The notes under the pieces are model-generated. The model did no database searches, was not told the origin of the DNA, and saw nothing but the letters and a program-made list of their open reading frames with translations. A DNA stretch of 64,000 nt from an uncultured virus (IMG/VR IMGVR_UViG_3300029953_000007). Its lineage: Duplodnaviria > Heunggongvirae > Uroviricota > Caudoviricetes. The stretch lies in the IMG/VR virus record IMGVR_UViG_3300029953_000007; one strand, given 5' to 3'. Shown here piece by piece: positions 19,310 through 27,758 of this stretch (the stretch's first letter is position 1; every line of letters begins with the position of its first letter). Both the position numbers and the translations under genes were made by a program.

Positions 19310-19513
19310 ATGACTAAACAACAAAGATTACAAGAAATAATAAATCACAATCAAGGTGTGAAAGTACTCGCATTAATGGAAATGGCTTACACTTTAGCTT
19401 TAGATGATCTATCCGAAGCTTTATCTGTTGTGATAGATGAAGATGAAAGTGAAGACATTGGTTTTTTTGATGGTTTGGAGAGAGCTCTTTATGAAATAGA
19501 TGTATTAAGTTAA
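19310..19513 (+). CDS. Small acidic protein
   Basis: 67 aa, D/E-rich. Confidence 0.65.
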   Translation: MTKQQRLQEIINHNQGVKVLALMEMAYTLALDDLSEALSVVIDEDESEDIGFFDGLERALYEIDVLS

Positions 19514-19533
19514 CCTTATAATGAGTAAGGAAC

Positions 19534-20664
19534 ATGTTAGAAAAAGAAAAGAATCAAGCAAATAATTGTGCTTCAAATCAACAGACTACAACTCCTCATT
19601 GGTATACTCCAAGAAAGACAGTAATGCAATTACAGAATGAAGCTTTAAAGACACAACTTAAAAGTGAATTATGGCCTCAACAATGTACTAAAGGAGATGA
19701 TTTATTTGATATGCAATTTAAAACAAAGAATAAAGAGTTAAAGTCTGACCCATTAGAAGAAGTTTCTAAACCAGATCCTTTACCAGAATTCTATAAGTTT
19801 AAAAAAGGTGAATTAACACAAGAACCAGCAAGAGCAGACCGTTTCAATGAAGGGAAGTTGCGATACGACCTAATTCCACCTTATCCATTAGAACAATTGG
19901 CTAAATTGTTTACATATGGGGCTAAGAAGTACGCACCAAATAATTGGAAAAAAGGACATCCGTGGAGTGATGTAGCAGACTCTTTAATACGTCATTTAGA
20001 AGCATATCGTGCTGGAGAAGATTACGATTACGACAAAGACTGTCCTGGATGTATAGCAGGAGATTGTAAAAATCATTCTAGAGCATTTCACATGACAGCA
20101 GTCATATGGAACGCTATGATATTAGTTGATTACTATAAGTCAAATCCTCAATTTGATGATCGTATTAAAAGTTATTTGAAACTTCCAAAAGTAGTCCTAG
20201 ATATTGATGAAGTAGTATGTGGTTGGGCTCAGGGCTATAAGGATTTCACAGGTAAGGATATACAGTCAACTTATTGGGATTCACGCTATGGATTTACTAG
20301 TGAACTTGATGAATTAGCTAAGAATAAAGAGTTTTGGTTATCTTTACCAGTAATACGTAAACCAGACTTTGTACCTCATGCATATGTATCTTCAAGGAGT
20401 ATTCCAGTTGAATGGACTCAAGAATGGTTAGAAAAGAATGAACTTCCATGTCGTCCTGTTTATCATGTACCATTTGATACTTCAAAAGTAGAAGTTCTTA
20501 AATCAATAGGTACTGAATTCTTTATAGATGATAGATTTTCTAATTTTTCAGAAGTTCAATCAGCAGGTATCTGTAGCTTTTTAATGTCAGCACCACATAA
20601 TTTATTTTATAATGTTGGCTATAGAAGGATTTATGATTTAAAATTAAAAAATATAATAAGGTGA
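19534..20664 (+). CDS. DUF5664-type dATP/dGTP diphosphohydrolase-like domain fused to a HAD 5'-nucleotidase-like domain
   Basis: RFNEGKLRYDLIP...FTYGAKKYAPNNWKKG...SLIRHL; then VVLDIDEVV and FFIDD. Confidence 0.8.
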   Translation: MLEKEKNQANNCASNQQTTTPHWYTPRKTVMQLQNEALKTQLKSELWPQQCTKGDDLFDMQFKTKNKELKSDPLEEVSKPDPLPEFYKFKKGELTQEPARADRFNEGKLRYDLIPPYPLEQLAKLFTYGAKKYAPNNWKKGHPWSDVADSLIRHLEAYRAGEDYDYDKDCPGCIAGDCKNHSRAFHMTAVIWNAMILVDYYKSNPQFDDRIKSYLKLPKVVLDIDEVVCGWAQGYKDFTGKDIQSTYWDSRYGFTSELDELAKNKEFWLSLPVIRKPDFVPHAYVSSRSIPVEWTQEWLEKNELPCRPVYHVPFDTSKVEVLKSIGTEFFIDDRFSNFSEVQSAGICSFLMSAPHNLFYNVGYRRIYDLKLKNIIR

Positions 20665-20858
20665 TGGACGAAAAAGAACAATATGAAGATGCTATTAATA
20701 ATGTTTTGAAAATAGCTAGAAATGCTCTTTATAATTCGATAGTTTATGTAGTTCAAAGAGAAGAACTCGATATTGATGATGTACAAGGCTTAATTGAAGA
20801 TATACGTACACTTGATGATTATCAAGATATTATAAGACGAATGAATGATGTTATATGA
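20661..20858 (+). CDS. Acidic mini-protein, family A copy 1
   Basis: Similar to 21031..21207. Confidence 0.7.
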   Translation: MMDEKEQYEDAINNVLKIARNALYNSIVYVVQREELDIDDVQGLIEDIRTLDDYQDIIRRMNDVI

Positions 20859-21031
20859 GCTATCAAATTAAAAGTATAATTGATCAATTAAGAGGACGTA
20901 TTTATATTCTTAAAGAAGAACAAGAGGGATATAATGAGCAAACCGATCCAGATGGAGATCAATGGGGTAATGTTGAAGAAGAAATAGATGATTTAACTGA
21001 AGTAGTAAGGCTTCTAAATAATTGGGTATAA
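20855..21031 (+). CDS. Acidic mini-protein, family B copy 1 (58 aa, not in ORF track)
   Basis: MSYQIKSIIDQLRGRI...EEEIDDLTEVVRLLNNWV; ATGA and TAATG coupling at its two ends. Confidence 0.75.
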   Translation: MSYQIKSIIDQLRGRIYILKEEQEGYNEQTDPDGDQWGNVEEEIDDLTEVVRLLNNWV

Positions 21032-21207
21032 TGGAACAGAAATATATTGATGCTATAAGTGATATAGTAAAGACAGCTAAAGACGGAGTTTATAAACGTA
21101 TAATAATTACTGCTGAGAGGCATGAGAAAGATGAAAGCATTCAAGACTTACTTGGAGATTTAGATGAGATTGCTAATTTAGAGGAAACTTTAAGTAATAT
21201 TTACTAA
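21031..21207 (+). CDS. Acidic mini-protein, family A copy 2
   Basis: MEQKYIDAISDIVKTAKDGVYKRI; TAATG coupling. Confidence 0.72.
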   Translation: MEQKYIDAISDIVKTAKDGVYKRIIITAERHEKDESIQDLLGDLDEIANLEETLSNIY

Positions 21208-21374
21208 TGGGTTACTTAATTAAACAAGCTATAGATCTTATAGAAGAACGAGTAAAATTTGCACAACAATTAGTTGATATGACTGATTATCAAGATGGTG
21301 AAGAGGCTATTGAATATGAAAATGAAGTTGCAGATTTAAAAACAGCATTAAACTATCTAAAAGATTATAAATGA
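21207..21374 (+). CDS. Acidic mini-protein, family B copy 2 (55 aa, not in ORF track)
   Basis: MGYLIKQAIDLIEERV...ENEVADLKTALNYLKDYK. Confidence 0.75.
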   Translation: MGYLIKQAIDLIEERVKFAQQLVDMTDYQDGEEAIEYENEVADLKTALNYLKDYK

Positions 21375-21535
21375 CAGCAGTAAGTTTAGCTTATGATTGT
21401 TTAAGCGATCGCTTATTTGAACTTAATGATCTAATTAATGATCTTGATGAGGAAGATAGTGATTTATATATGAAATATAGCGATGAGAAAGAAGATTTAG
21501 AAGATGCTTTAGAGTTAATAAAACAATGGCAATAA
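21371..21535 (+). CDS. Acidic mini-protein, family B-like (54 aa, not in ORF track)
   Basis: MTAVSLAYDCLSDRL...DEKEDLEDALELIKQWQ. Confidence 0.72.
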   Translation: MTAVSLAYDCLSDRLFELNDLINDLDEEDSDLYMKYSDEKEDLEDALELIKQWQ

Positions 21536-21539
21536 GAAA

Positions 21540-21740
21540 ATGGACGAATTACAAGACGCACTTGATCTAGTTGAAACAGCACTAGAAGAACTTTATGGAT
21601 TAGGAGAACAATTAGAAGATAAAGTTGATGAAGCTGAGGCTGAGCTTAAGAATTACAAAAAAGAGTATGAGATATGTTCAGACCAGATAAGTGAACTTGA
21701 AACAGCTAAGAGCTCTCTTAAGGTTGCTATGGGTAAATAA
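21540..21740 (+). CDS. Acidic coiled-coil mini-protein
   Basis: 66 aa, E-rich heptads. Confidence 0.7.
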   Translation: MDELQDALDLVETALEELYGLGEQLEDKVDEAEAELKNYKKEYEICSDQISELETAKSSLKVAMGK

Positions 21741-21746
21741 ATCAAT

Positions 21747-21911
21747 ATGAGTAAGACAGATTTGAAAGCAAAACAACAATTTGAGAGGGATGTAGCGACT
21801 GATCCATTCGAAGAAGGTTGGGATGATAACGATGACAAAGATTGGGAGGAATTTCTTGATCGTGTAATGGATGAAGATTATGATAACTTTGACGATGAAG
21901 ACGAAGATTAA
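21747..21911 (+). CDS. Extremely acidic mini-protein (54 aa, not in ORF track)
   Basis: ...FEEGWDDNDDKDWEEFLDRVMDEDYDNFDDEDED; stop abuts the next start. Confidence 0.7.
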   Translation: MSKTDLKAKQQFERDVATDPFEEGWDDNDDKDWEEFLDRVMDEDYDNFDDEDED

Positions 21912-23072
21912 TTGTACGACTTAAGTAAAATACAAATTGAATTCTTAACAGATACTGCTACTAGACTTGAGAATGTACCCGATGAAGAATACTTTGGCTC
22001 AGCCTATCGTGACTTTATAAGTAATTCTCAACTTAAGCTAATTAATCCAGAAGAAGGGGGAGCACCAACAAGATTCCTTGAAGGTTTCTCTAGTGACTCT
22101 AAATCTCCAGCTTTAGAACTTGGATCCGCAGTACATCAGATGATACTTGAAAAAGATAAATATTTCCTTAGTCCTGTAGATAAACCATCAGGTAAAGTAG
22201 GTGCTATATGTGACTTACTTTATAAATATAAAAATGAAGGTTATAGTGAACAAATTGCACTCACAATGGCTTGTGAAGAAGAGGATTACTATAAAGGCAA
22301 AATGACTCAAAAGAAGTACGATGATGTACTTTCTAAAGGTCAAGAGTATCTTGAGTTCTTAAAGATACAGGATGAACAACCTGGAGCTATAGTTCTTACT
22401 GAATTACAGAAAGAGAAACTTGATGGTTGTCTCAGTAGTGTAAAGCATAACAAGCTCTTAATGGATCTGCTTTTTCCACCACCTTATATTGAAGATGATT
22501 TAGGTTGCAGAGAAGCTGTTGATATTGTAAGCTATCATGAGGATGTTATGATAATGGAGTTTGTAGCTTCTATTCCAAATGAAGAGTTTGATGATCCTCT
22601 ATTTAATGAAGTTATAAGGTTAAAACTTAAGGCTAAAATTGATAATTGGTCTATAGATTTTACAAGGAAAATAGTAACACTTAATGACTTAAAGACTACT
22701 GGAAAGCCACTTAATACTTTTCCTGGTATCACAACACAACGTACTGACGTTAATGGCGATACTTACAATGTCTTTGAGAAAGGATCGTTTCAGTCATATC
22801 ATTATTATCGCCAATTCGCCCAATATCTCTTTATGTTAAAGAAATACGTTGAACATGTACATGGAGTTGACAATAGCTGGAAATTCGTTGTTAATGTGAT
22901 TGTAGTGGAAACTAACAAACCTCACATGAGTCATGCTTTTAAAGTTGGTAATAAGTGGATTAAAACAGGTTATGATGAGTTTGTAAACTTACTTAAACGT
23001 GTATCTTATCATAAATTACGTGGTTTTGATAAGTTTGTAGAAATGGATTTTAATAGCGTTACAGAAATATGA
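21912..23072 (+). CDS. PD-(D/E)XK exonuclease (RecE/DUF3799-like)
   Basis: ISNSQLK, LGSAVH, KAKIDN...NDLKTT, YYRQFAQY. Confidence 0.82.
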   Translation: MYDLSKIQIEFLTDTATRLENVPDEEYFGSAYRDFISNSQLKLINPEEGGAPTRFLEGFSSDSKSPALELGSAVHQMILEKDKYFLSPVDKPSGKVGAICDLLYKYKNEGYSEQIALTMACEEEDYYKGKMTQKKYDDVLSKGQEYLEFLKIQDEQPGAIVLTELQKEKLDGCLSSVKHNKLLMDLLFPPPYIEDDLGCREAVDIVSYHEDVMIMEFVASIPNEEFDDPLFNEVIRLKLKAKIDNWSIDFTRKIVTLNDLKTTGKPLNTFPGITTQRTDVNGDTYNVFEKGSFQSYHYYRQFAQYLFMLKKYVEHVHGVDNSWKFVVNVIVVETNKPHMSHAFKVGNKWIKTGYDEFVNLLKRVSYHKLRGFDKFVEMDFNSVTEI

Positions 23073-23455
23073 TAGAATATCCTTTTAAGTTTTCAGAGTT
23101 ACCGTATAATGAGAAATATGAGTTTTTAGAAACTTATGTTAAAATGCCTGGTACAAACATAGAAGGAGAAGATTTAATGCGTCTTATCTCATTAGTGTCT
23201 CATTTAACTATGTTATATCGAGCAAAAGCAGAAAAAGATAAGAAAGATCCAAAACTAATTACCCCATTAGTTATACTTAATAACGCATGTGGTAAAGTTG
23301 ATACAGAAACAACTAAAGAGATATATGAAAGTATAGCTTTACATTGTGACCTTGTAATAAGTAATGATGCTAAGTTTGACACTTATGGAGCAACAACAGT
23401 TAAGGATATGATGAAAGAGATAAAAAGAACAGTAGACGAATGGTTACCCTTTTAA
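23069..23455 (+). CDS. Hypothetical protein
   Basis: ATGA-coupled 128-aa ORF. Confidence 0.75.
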   Translation: MIEYPFKFSELPYNEKYEFLETYVKMPGTNIEGEDLMRLISLVSHLTMLYRAKAEKDKKDPKLITPLVILNNACGKVDTETTKEIYESIALHCDLVISNDAKFDTYGATTVKDMMKEIKRTVDEWLPF

Positions 23456-23458
23456 ATA

Positions 23459-24427
23459 ATGGATGAAGGAACATTAGCTTTTATGATAGAGTTAGATACA
23501 CCACATAATGTAGGACAACCTGCTTATGTAGAGGAAGGGGTTAAGAGTAATTACAAGTGGCTCAAGAGTAAGGAGGGTGTATATGCAATGGTTCAAGATA
23601 GTGAAACTGTCGATCGAATAGAACCTGGTATGTATGCTCTATCACAAGATAATAGAGGTGGCCTTCACGCAAGTGTTTTTACTATTAGTGCTGATGAATT
23701 ATTTGATTTACCTGATAATCATATTGACGAACTAATTGCAGAATCTGAGAAATTTTGGAGTAAGGCAGTAGAGTTTAAAAAGTATAACTTCATTCACTCT
23801 CGTGGTTGCTTATTACATGGTTCAGGAGGAAATGGAAAGACAGCAATCATAGATCAATTAGCACAGAAATTAGTAAAACGTGGAGGTTTAGTATTTGTAA
23901 TTACAAATACTAACGAACTAATGTGGTATATATCATTTATGCAGGATAATTTACGTATAGCTGATCCAGAACGTGATGTTATAGTGATTATAGAAGATAT
24001 CGATACCTATTGTCAGAATGAGAATGTTGAAAGAACAATTCTTAATTGGTTAGCTGGTTCAGATGCTATAAATCATCAATTTGTTATAGCTACAACCAAT
24101 CATTATGATGAATTAAGTGATCTCTTACTTCGTCCTGGTCGTTTAGATATACACATCGAGGTTGGTAAACCCATTCCAGCAAAGAAAGAAGCTTATCTTA
24201 TTGCTAAAGGATTAGATAAGGATACTGCACATAAATGGGCTAATAGTACTGATGGTTTTAGTTTAGCTGAAATTAAAGAGTTATTTGTTGCTGTAGTGCT
24301 TTTAGATATAGATTATGAGAAGGCAAAGAAAAAGGTTAATGAACAAGCAGCAGCTGTTATTAATAATACATCTAAACGCCTAAGAAAAAGAGATGAGACA
24401 ATGGGTTTTACCTTTACAAAAAAGTAA
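23459..24427 (+). CDS. AAA+ ATPase
   Basis: RGCLLHGSGGNGKT, IIEDID, ATTN, LRPGRLD. Confidence 0.9.
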   Translation: MDEGTLAFMIELDTPHNVGQPAYVEEGVKSNYKWLKSKEGVYAMVQDSETVDRIEPGMYALSQDNRGGLHASVFTISADELFDLPDNHIDELIAESEKFWSKAVEFKKYNFIHSRGCLLHGSGGNGKTAIIDQLAQKLVKRGGLVFVITNTNELMWYISFMQDNLRIADPERDVIVIIEDIDTYCQNENVERTILNWLAGSDAINHQFVIATTNHYDELSDLLLRPGRLDIHIEVGKPIPAKKEAYLIAKGLDKDTAHKWANSTDGFSLAEIKELFVAVVLLDIDYEKAKKKVNEQAAAVINNTSKRLRKRDETMGFTFTKK

Positions 24428-24433
24428 AATAAA

Positions 24434-24465
24434 TTTGGAGATTCAAAATGTTTTTCTTACCTTTG
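24434..24465 (+). promoter_or_regulatory. Bacteroidota-type promoter
   Basis: AAATAAA-TTTG-N20-TACCTTTG. Confidence 0.78.
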
Positions 24466-24515
24466 TATTATTAAAGATATACAAGGTAAAAGTAATAAAT
24501 AATAAGAACTAATAA

Positions 24516-25073
24516 ATGAGTAAGTTAAAAATCGTGTCAGTCAGTGGCGACACCAAAGAAAACGCAGTTGCTAAATCAGGTTTAGCAAAATTTTTAGATG
24601 TAAAATATGATGCTACACAAGCATGGAAGAAAGAAGGAACACCAGATCCAAAATCAACATATTTTAAAGCGTTTGCTGAAGAATATATTAATAAAAAAGT
24701 TAAAGGTATTGAAGGAATTGGTTTTACAGTAACTGTTGAACCTGGTGTTCCTGATACTCGTGAAAGGCCTTATAAAGAAACCAACATTCCAACAGAAGGT
24801 ACTCGTAAATATACTAGTTTCTACGAAGGTTTAGTAGGTGGTGATGATAAAGGTAAGACTGGTACTATTGTATTTATAGCAGACGATAAAGCAGCTGGTA
24901 TAAAGAAAGCTAAAGAATATGTAACTGATCATCGTGATGCTCGTGTTATATTACGCTTAGTTAAACTTGTAACTGAAGGACAACCAGTAGCTGCAATTAT
25001 AGACTATGCTCCATCAGCAGCTGCCACTTTAGGTACTTACATCGTATTTGGTTACGAACGTGATGCTGCTTAA
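24516..25073 (+). CDS. Hypothetical protein in a monocistronic unit
   Basis: Has its own promoter and terminator. Confidence 0.8.
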   Translation: MSKLKIVSVSGDTKENAVAKSGLAKFLDVKYDATQAWKKEGTPDPKSTYFKAFAEEYINKKVKGIEGIGFTVTVEPGVPDTRERPYKETNIPTEGTRKYTSFYEGLVGGDDKGKTGTIVFIADDKAAGIKKAKEYVTDHRDARVILRLVKLVTEGQPVAAIIDYAPSAAATLGTYIVFGYERDAA

Positions 25074-25091
25074 TTAACACATCATATAATA

Positions 25092-25130
25092 TAGAAAGCT
25101 CTAATAGGAATATTAGAGCTTTTCTTTTTT
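25092..25130 (+). terminator. Intrinsic terminator
   Basis: AAAGCTCTAATA-GGAA-TATTAGAGCTTT followed by TCTTTTTT. Confidence 0.85.
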
Positions 25131-25181
25131 AAAAAGATTCTTAATGTTTAGATTTAAATATGGTTATGTTAAGAATGATGA

Positions 25182-26057
25182 ATGCACCAATTTGGAAAGA
25201 AAATAAAATCTTCTGTTATCGCAGATGGAATATATAGATATAATGACATTTACCTAAAATATATACAAGTAGTAAGGACTTTCAGAGAATTTTTACCAAA
25301 CCTTGAAAATATAAAGTATGTAGACAACACAGGTGTTTATATCCTAATAGGTGTTAATGATTTAGGACAAACAGTAGTGTATGTTGGGAAATCAGGTAAT
25401 GTGCTTGAAAGGGTTAATAAGCATAAAAAAGATAAAGACAAAGACTTCTTTACAGAGCTTTTTATTATAACTACAAATGACAATTCCTTTGGAGATTCTC
25501 AAGCTTCTCATATAGAGAATATGCTTTATAATAGATTTAGGATTTCTCCTAATATTATAGTAGATAATGATGTAGTACCAACTAAAGGGAATTTAAATGA
25601 AGATGAAAGCGAAGAGTGTGAGAATTATGGTGATACTATTATTAACATAATATCTCAAGCATCAAGTGGTCGCTTTTTAATAACTCAATTTGGTAAGCCA
25701 CAAGATTCTCGTTTCTTCTTAAAAGGCATCAAGAAGTGTGAACTAATAGGGACTTATATAGAAGGTAAACTTATAATTCACAAGGATTCTAAAGTTAGTA
25801 AGGTTTTATCTAAAGAAGCTGCACAATATGTTAAAAGAGCAAGGGAAGAACTTGTTGAGAATGGTACATTTATTGAGTATAAAGATCTCTTAATTTTATC
25901 TAGGGATTGGGTATATGATGATATACAACGTGCTACAAATATTTTAACTGGTACTAATGTTACTAAGTGTAAGGAGTTATGGAAGAATTATTCAAATGTT
26001 TCTTTGCAAGATTTTATAGATAATAATGGTAAAAATGAAGTTAACACTTCAGTATAA
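25182..26057 (+). CDS. GIY-YIG nuclease with DUF4357-like C-terminal domain
   Basis: TGVYILIG...VYVGKSGNVLERVNKH...KDFF; C-terminal REELVENG...ILTG.N....LWK. Confidence 0.72.
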   Translation: MHQFGKKIKSSVIADGIYRYNDIYLKYIQVVRTFREFLPNLENIKYVDNTGVYILIGVNDLGQTVVYVGKSGNVLERVNKHKKDKDKDFFTELFIITTNDNSFGDSQASHIENMLYNRFRISPNIIVDNDVVPTKGNLNEDESEECENYGDTIINIISQASSGRFLITQFGKPQDSRFFLKGIKKCELIGTYIEGKLIIHKDSKVSKVLSKEAAQYVKRAREELVENGTFIEYKDLLILSRDWVYDDIQRATNILTGTNVTKCKELWKNYSNVSLQDFIDNNGKNEVNTSV

Positions 26058-26825
26058 ATGATAATGCAAGACGAAATAAATCTACAAGCTTTACTTGAAG
26101 GTAAAGCTACTACAATTAATAAGAGAGAGTATCTCTCGACTAAAGATTATGTACAGCCTTTTATTGACCAAATGAGTAAATTTACTTCTGACTTTAGGAT
26201 CAAAGCTAAGTTACCTCAACAGATGACGATTACTAACACCAAAGATATAACTTATAATCGTGTATTAATTGAGGCAGTACTTCCAGCTTCTCATTGTATT
26301 GAGAAGCATGATGAAGTCATAGGATTTTTATATGGATTAGACACTAGAAAACCAGTGTCAAAATTATATAGAGGATACTTAAATCAAGCTTGTACTAATC
26401 TTTGTGTCTTTAATAGTCAATGGTTACAAGTTAATGAAATAAAACCAGGAGAATTAATACGTATTGATGGACGAAAAATGCTTGAACTTCCAAATAACTT
26501 TGAAAGTCAAATTAAGCAACTTAAAGATACTTTTATAGGTAGAGAATGCATTCATAATAATTTAGGTTCATGGGTTCACAACTCACTTACAGAATATCAC
26601 TATAATGGTGTACAAGCAGTTAAGATTTCACCTAATGTAGTTGTAGAAGCTTATAAGAGCCTCTATCTTCAAGAGGAATCTCCTTACTATGTTCCCAAAA
26701 CAGAAGAAGCATCAATGTTTGATGTCTATAATGCTTTTACTCAGATTATAACTGATGATAAGAAAGATTTCCTAAATTCCTTTGAAAAGACTATGATGAT
26801 CAACAAGTTACTTGGGATAAGATGA
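26058..26825 (+). CDS. DUF932-like protein
   Basis: LNQACTNL...SMFDVYNAFTQ. Confidence 0.55.
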   Translation: MIMQDEINLQALLEGKATTINKREYLSTKDYVQPFIDQMSKFTSDFRIKAKLPQQMTITNTKDITYNRVLIEAVLPASHCIEKHDEVIGFLYGLDTRKPVSKLYRGYLNQACTNLCVFNSQWLQVNEIKPGELIRIDGRKMLELPNNFESQIKQLKDTFIGRECIHNNLGSWVHNSLTEYHYNGVQAVKISPNVVVEAYKSLYLQEESPYYVPKTEEASMFDVYNAFTQIITDDKKDFLNSFEKTMMINKLLGIR

Positions 26826-27040
26826 CTAAACAAGAATTAACACATATTATAGCTTGTCTTAATGAAGAACAATTAGTTATATGGCGTGATAGTGAAACTC
26901 AAGAAGTTAAGTTTGCTTTAAGTAAGGAGTCAAAGGTAAGTGAAAATGATGCTAAAGTAGCTAATGATACACAAGTAGCCTATGAGCTTTATAGAGGTGA
27001 AGGTTATATTTACAATACACCAATTGTATCTGATCGATGA
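26822..27040 (+). CDS. Hypothetical protein
   Basis: ATGA-coupled ORF. Confidence 0.65.
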   Translation: MTKQELTHIIACLNEEQLVIWRDSETQEVKFALSKESKVSENDAKVANDTQVAYELYRGEGYIYNTPIVSDR

Positions 27041-27294
27041 GAAGTATCTATAGATATAAATGGTCTTATGAAGATAAGATAAGACTTGAAGGTTTATTTA
27101 TAGCTGACAATGAAGAACTTAAAAAAGTAATGGGTAAAACAGTTCCTTTAAGTAAATATTTACCTAAATATGCTGGACTTATTGTAAAATTAGGTGCTAA
27201 AGATTTTCAACCTATAACTAGTAATGAAAGTGCTATTAAAGTATTTGATTACTTTAAACTTGAAACCGGTTTTAATCCTTTAAACTATTTATAA
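27037..27294 (+). CDS. Hypothetical protein
   Basis: ATGA-coupled ORF. Confidence 0.7.
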   Translation: MRSIYRYKWSYEDKIRLEGLFIADNEELKKVMGKTVPLSKYLPKYAGLIVKLGAKDFQPITSNESAIKVFDYFKLETGFNPLNYL

Positions 27295-27458
27295 AATGGA
27301 AGAATACATATTAGTAGTTCTTAAAGAAGGTGGTAGAATAGATATTAGTGCAACTGGTAACTTTGTCATAACTGAAAAAGAGACTGCTATAATAAGAGAT
27401 GAATTATTAGTTAAGAAACAGCTTGAACCAAACATTCAAGCTATATTAAGGAGACGTT

Positions 27459-27758
27459 ATGAGTAATTTATTAATAAAAACAAGTTATGATTTTCATTGT
27501 CATTATGATGGTTTTGTTATAATGACAAAAGAGGACTATGAGATAGCCCTCGACGAGTTAGAACAAGCTTTCGTAGATGATGAGTTCTATATTGAAGTAA
27601 GTATTGATAATGAGTTTCTTTCATTTGAATCCTATAGTGATATTATGGAAGGTATAGAAGTAATAGAATTAACAGATAGTGAATATACAAGTTTTATAGA
27701 GATATTTGGAGATCGATACGGCTTATGCACATTTGATCAAATAATTAATGGCCTATAA
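27459..27758 (+). CDS. Acidic hypothetical protein
   Basis: 99 aa, overlaps the RNR start. Confidence 0.7.
   Translation: MSNLLIKTSYDFHCHYDGFVIMTKEDYEIALDELEQAFVDDEFYIEVSIDNEFLSFESYSDIMEGIEVIELTDSEYTSFIEIFGDRYGLCTFDQIINGL

Noticed and set aside
401..25078. Recurrent TTAATTAA after several genes as a phage-specific promoter or operator
   Set aside because: A pure-AT 8-mer that often includes the stop codon; cannot be told from background by eye.
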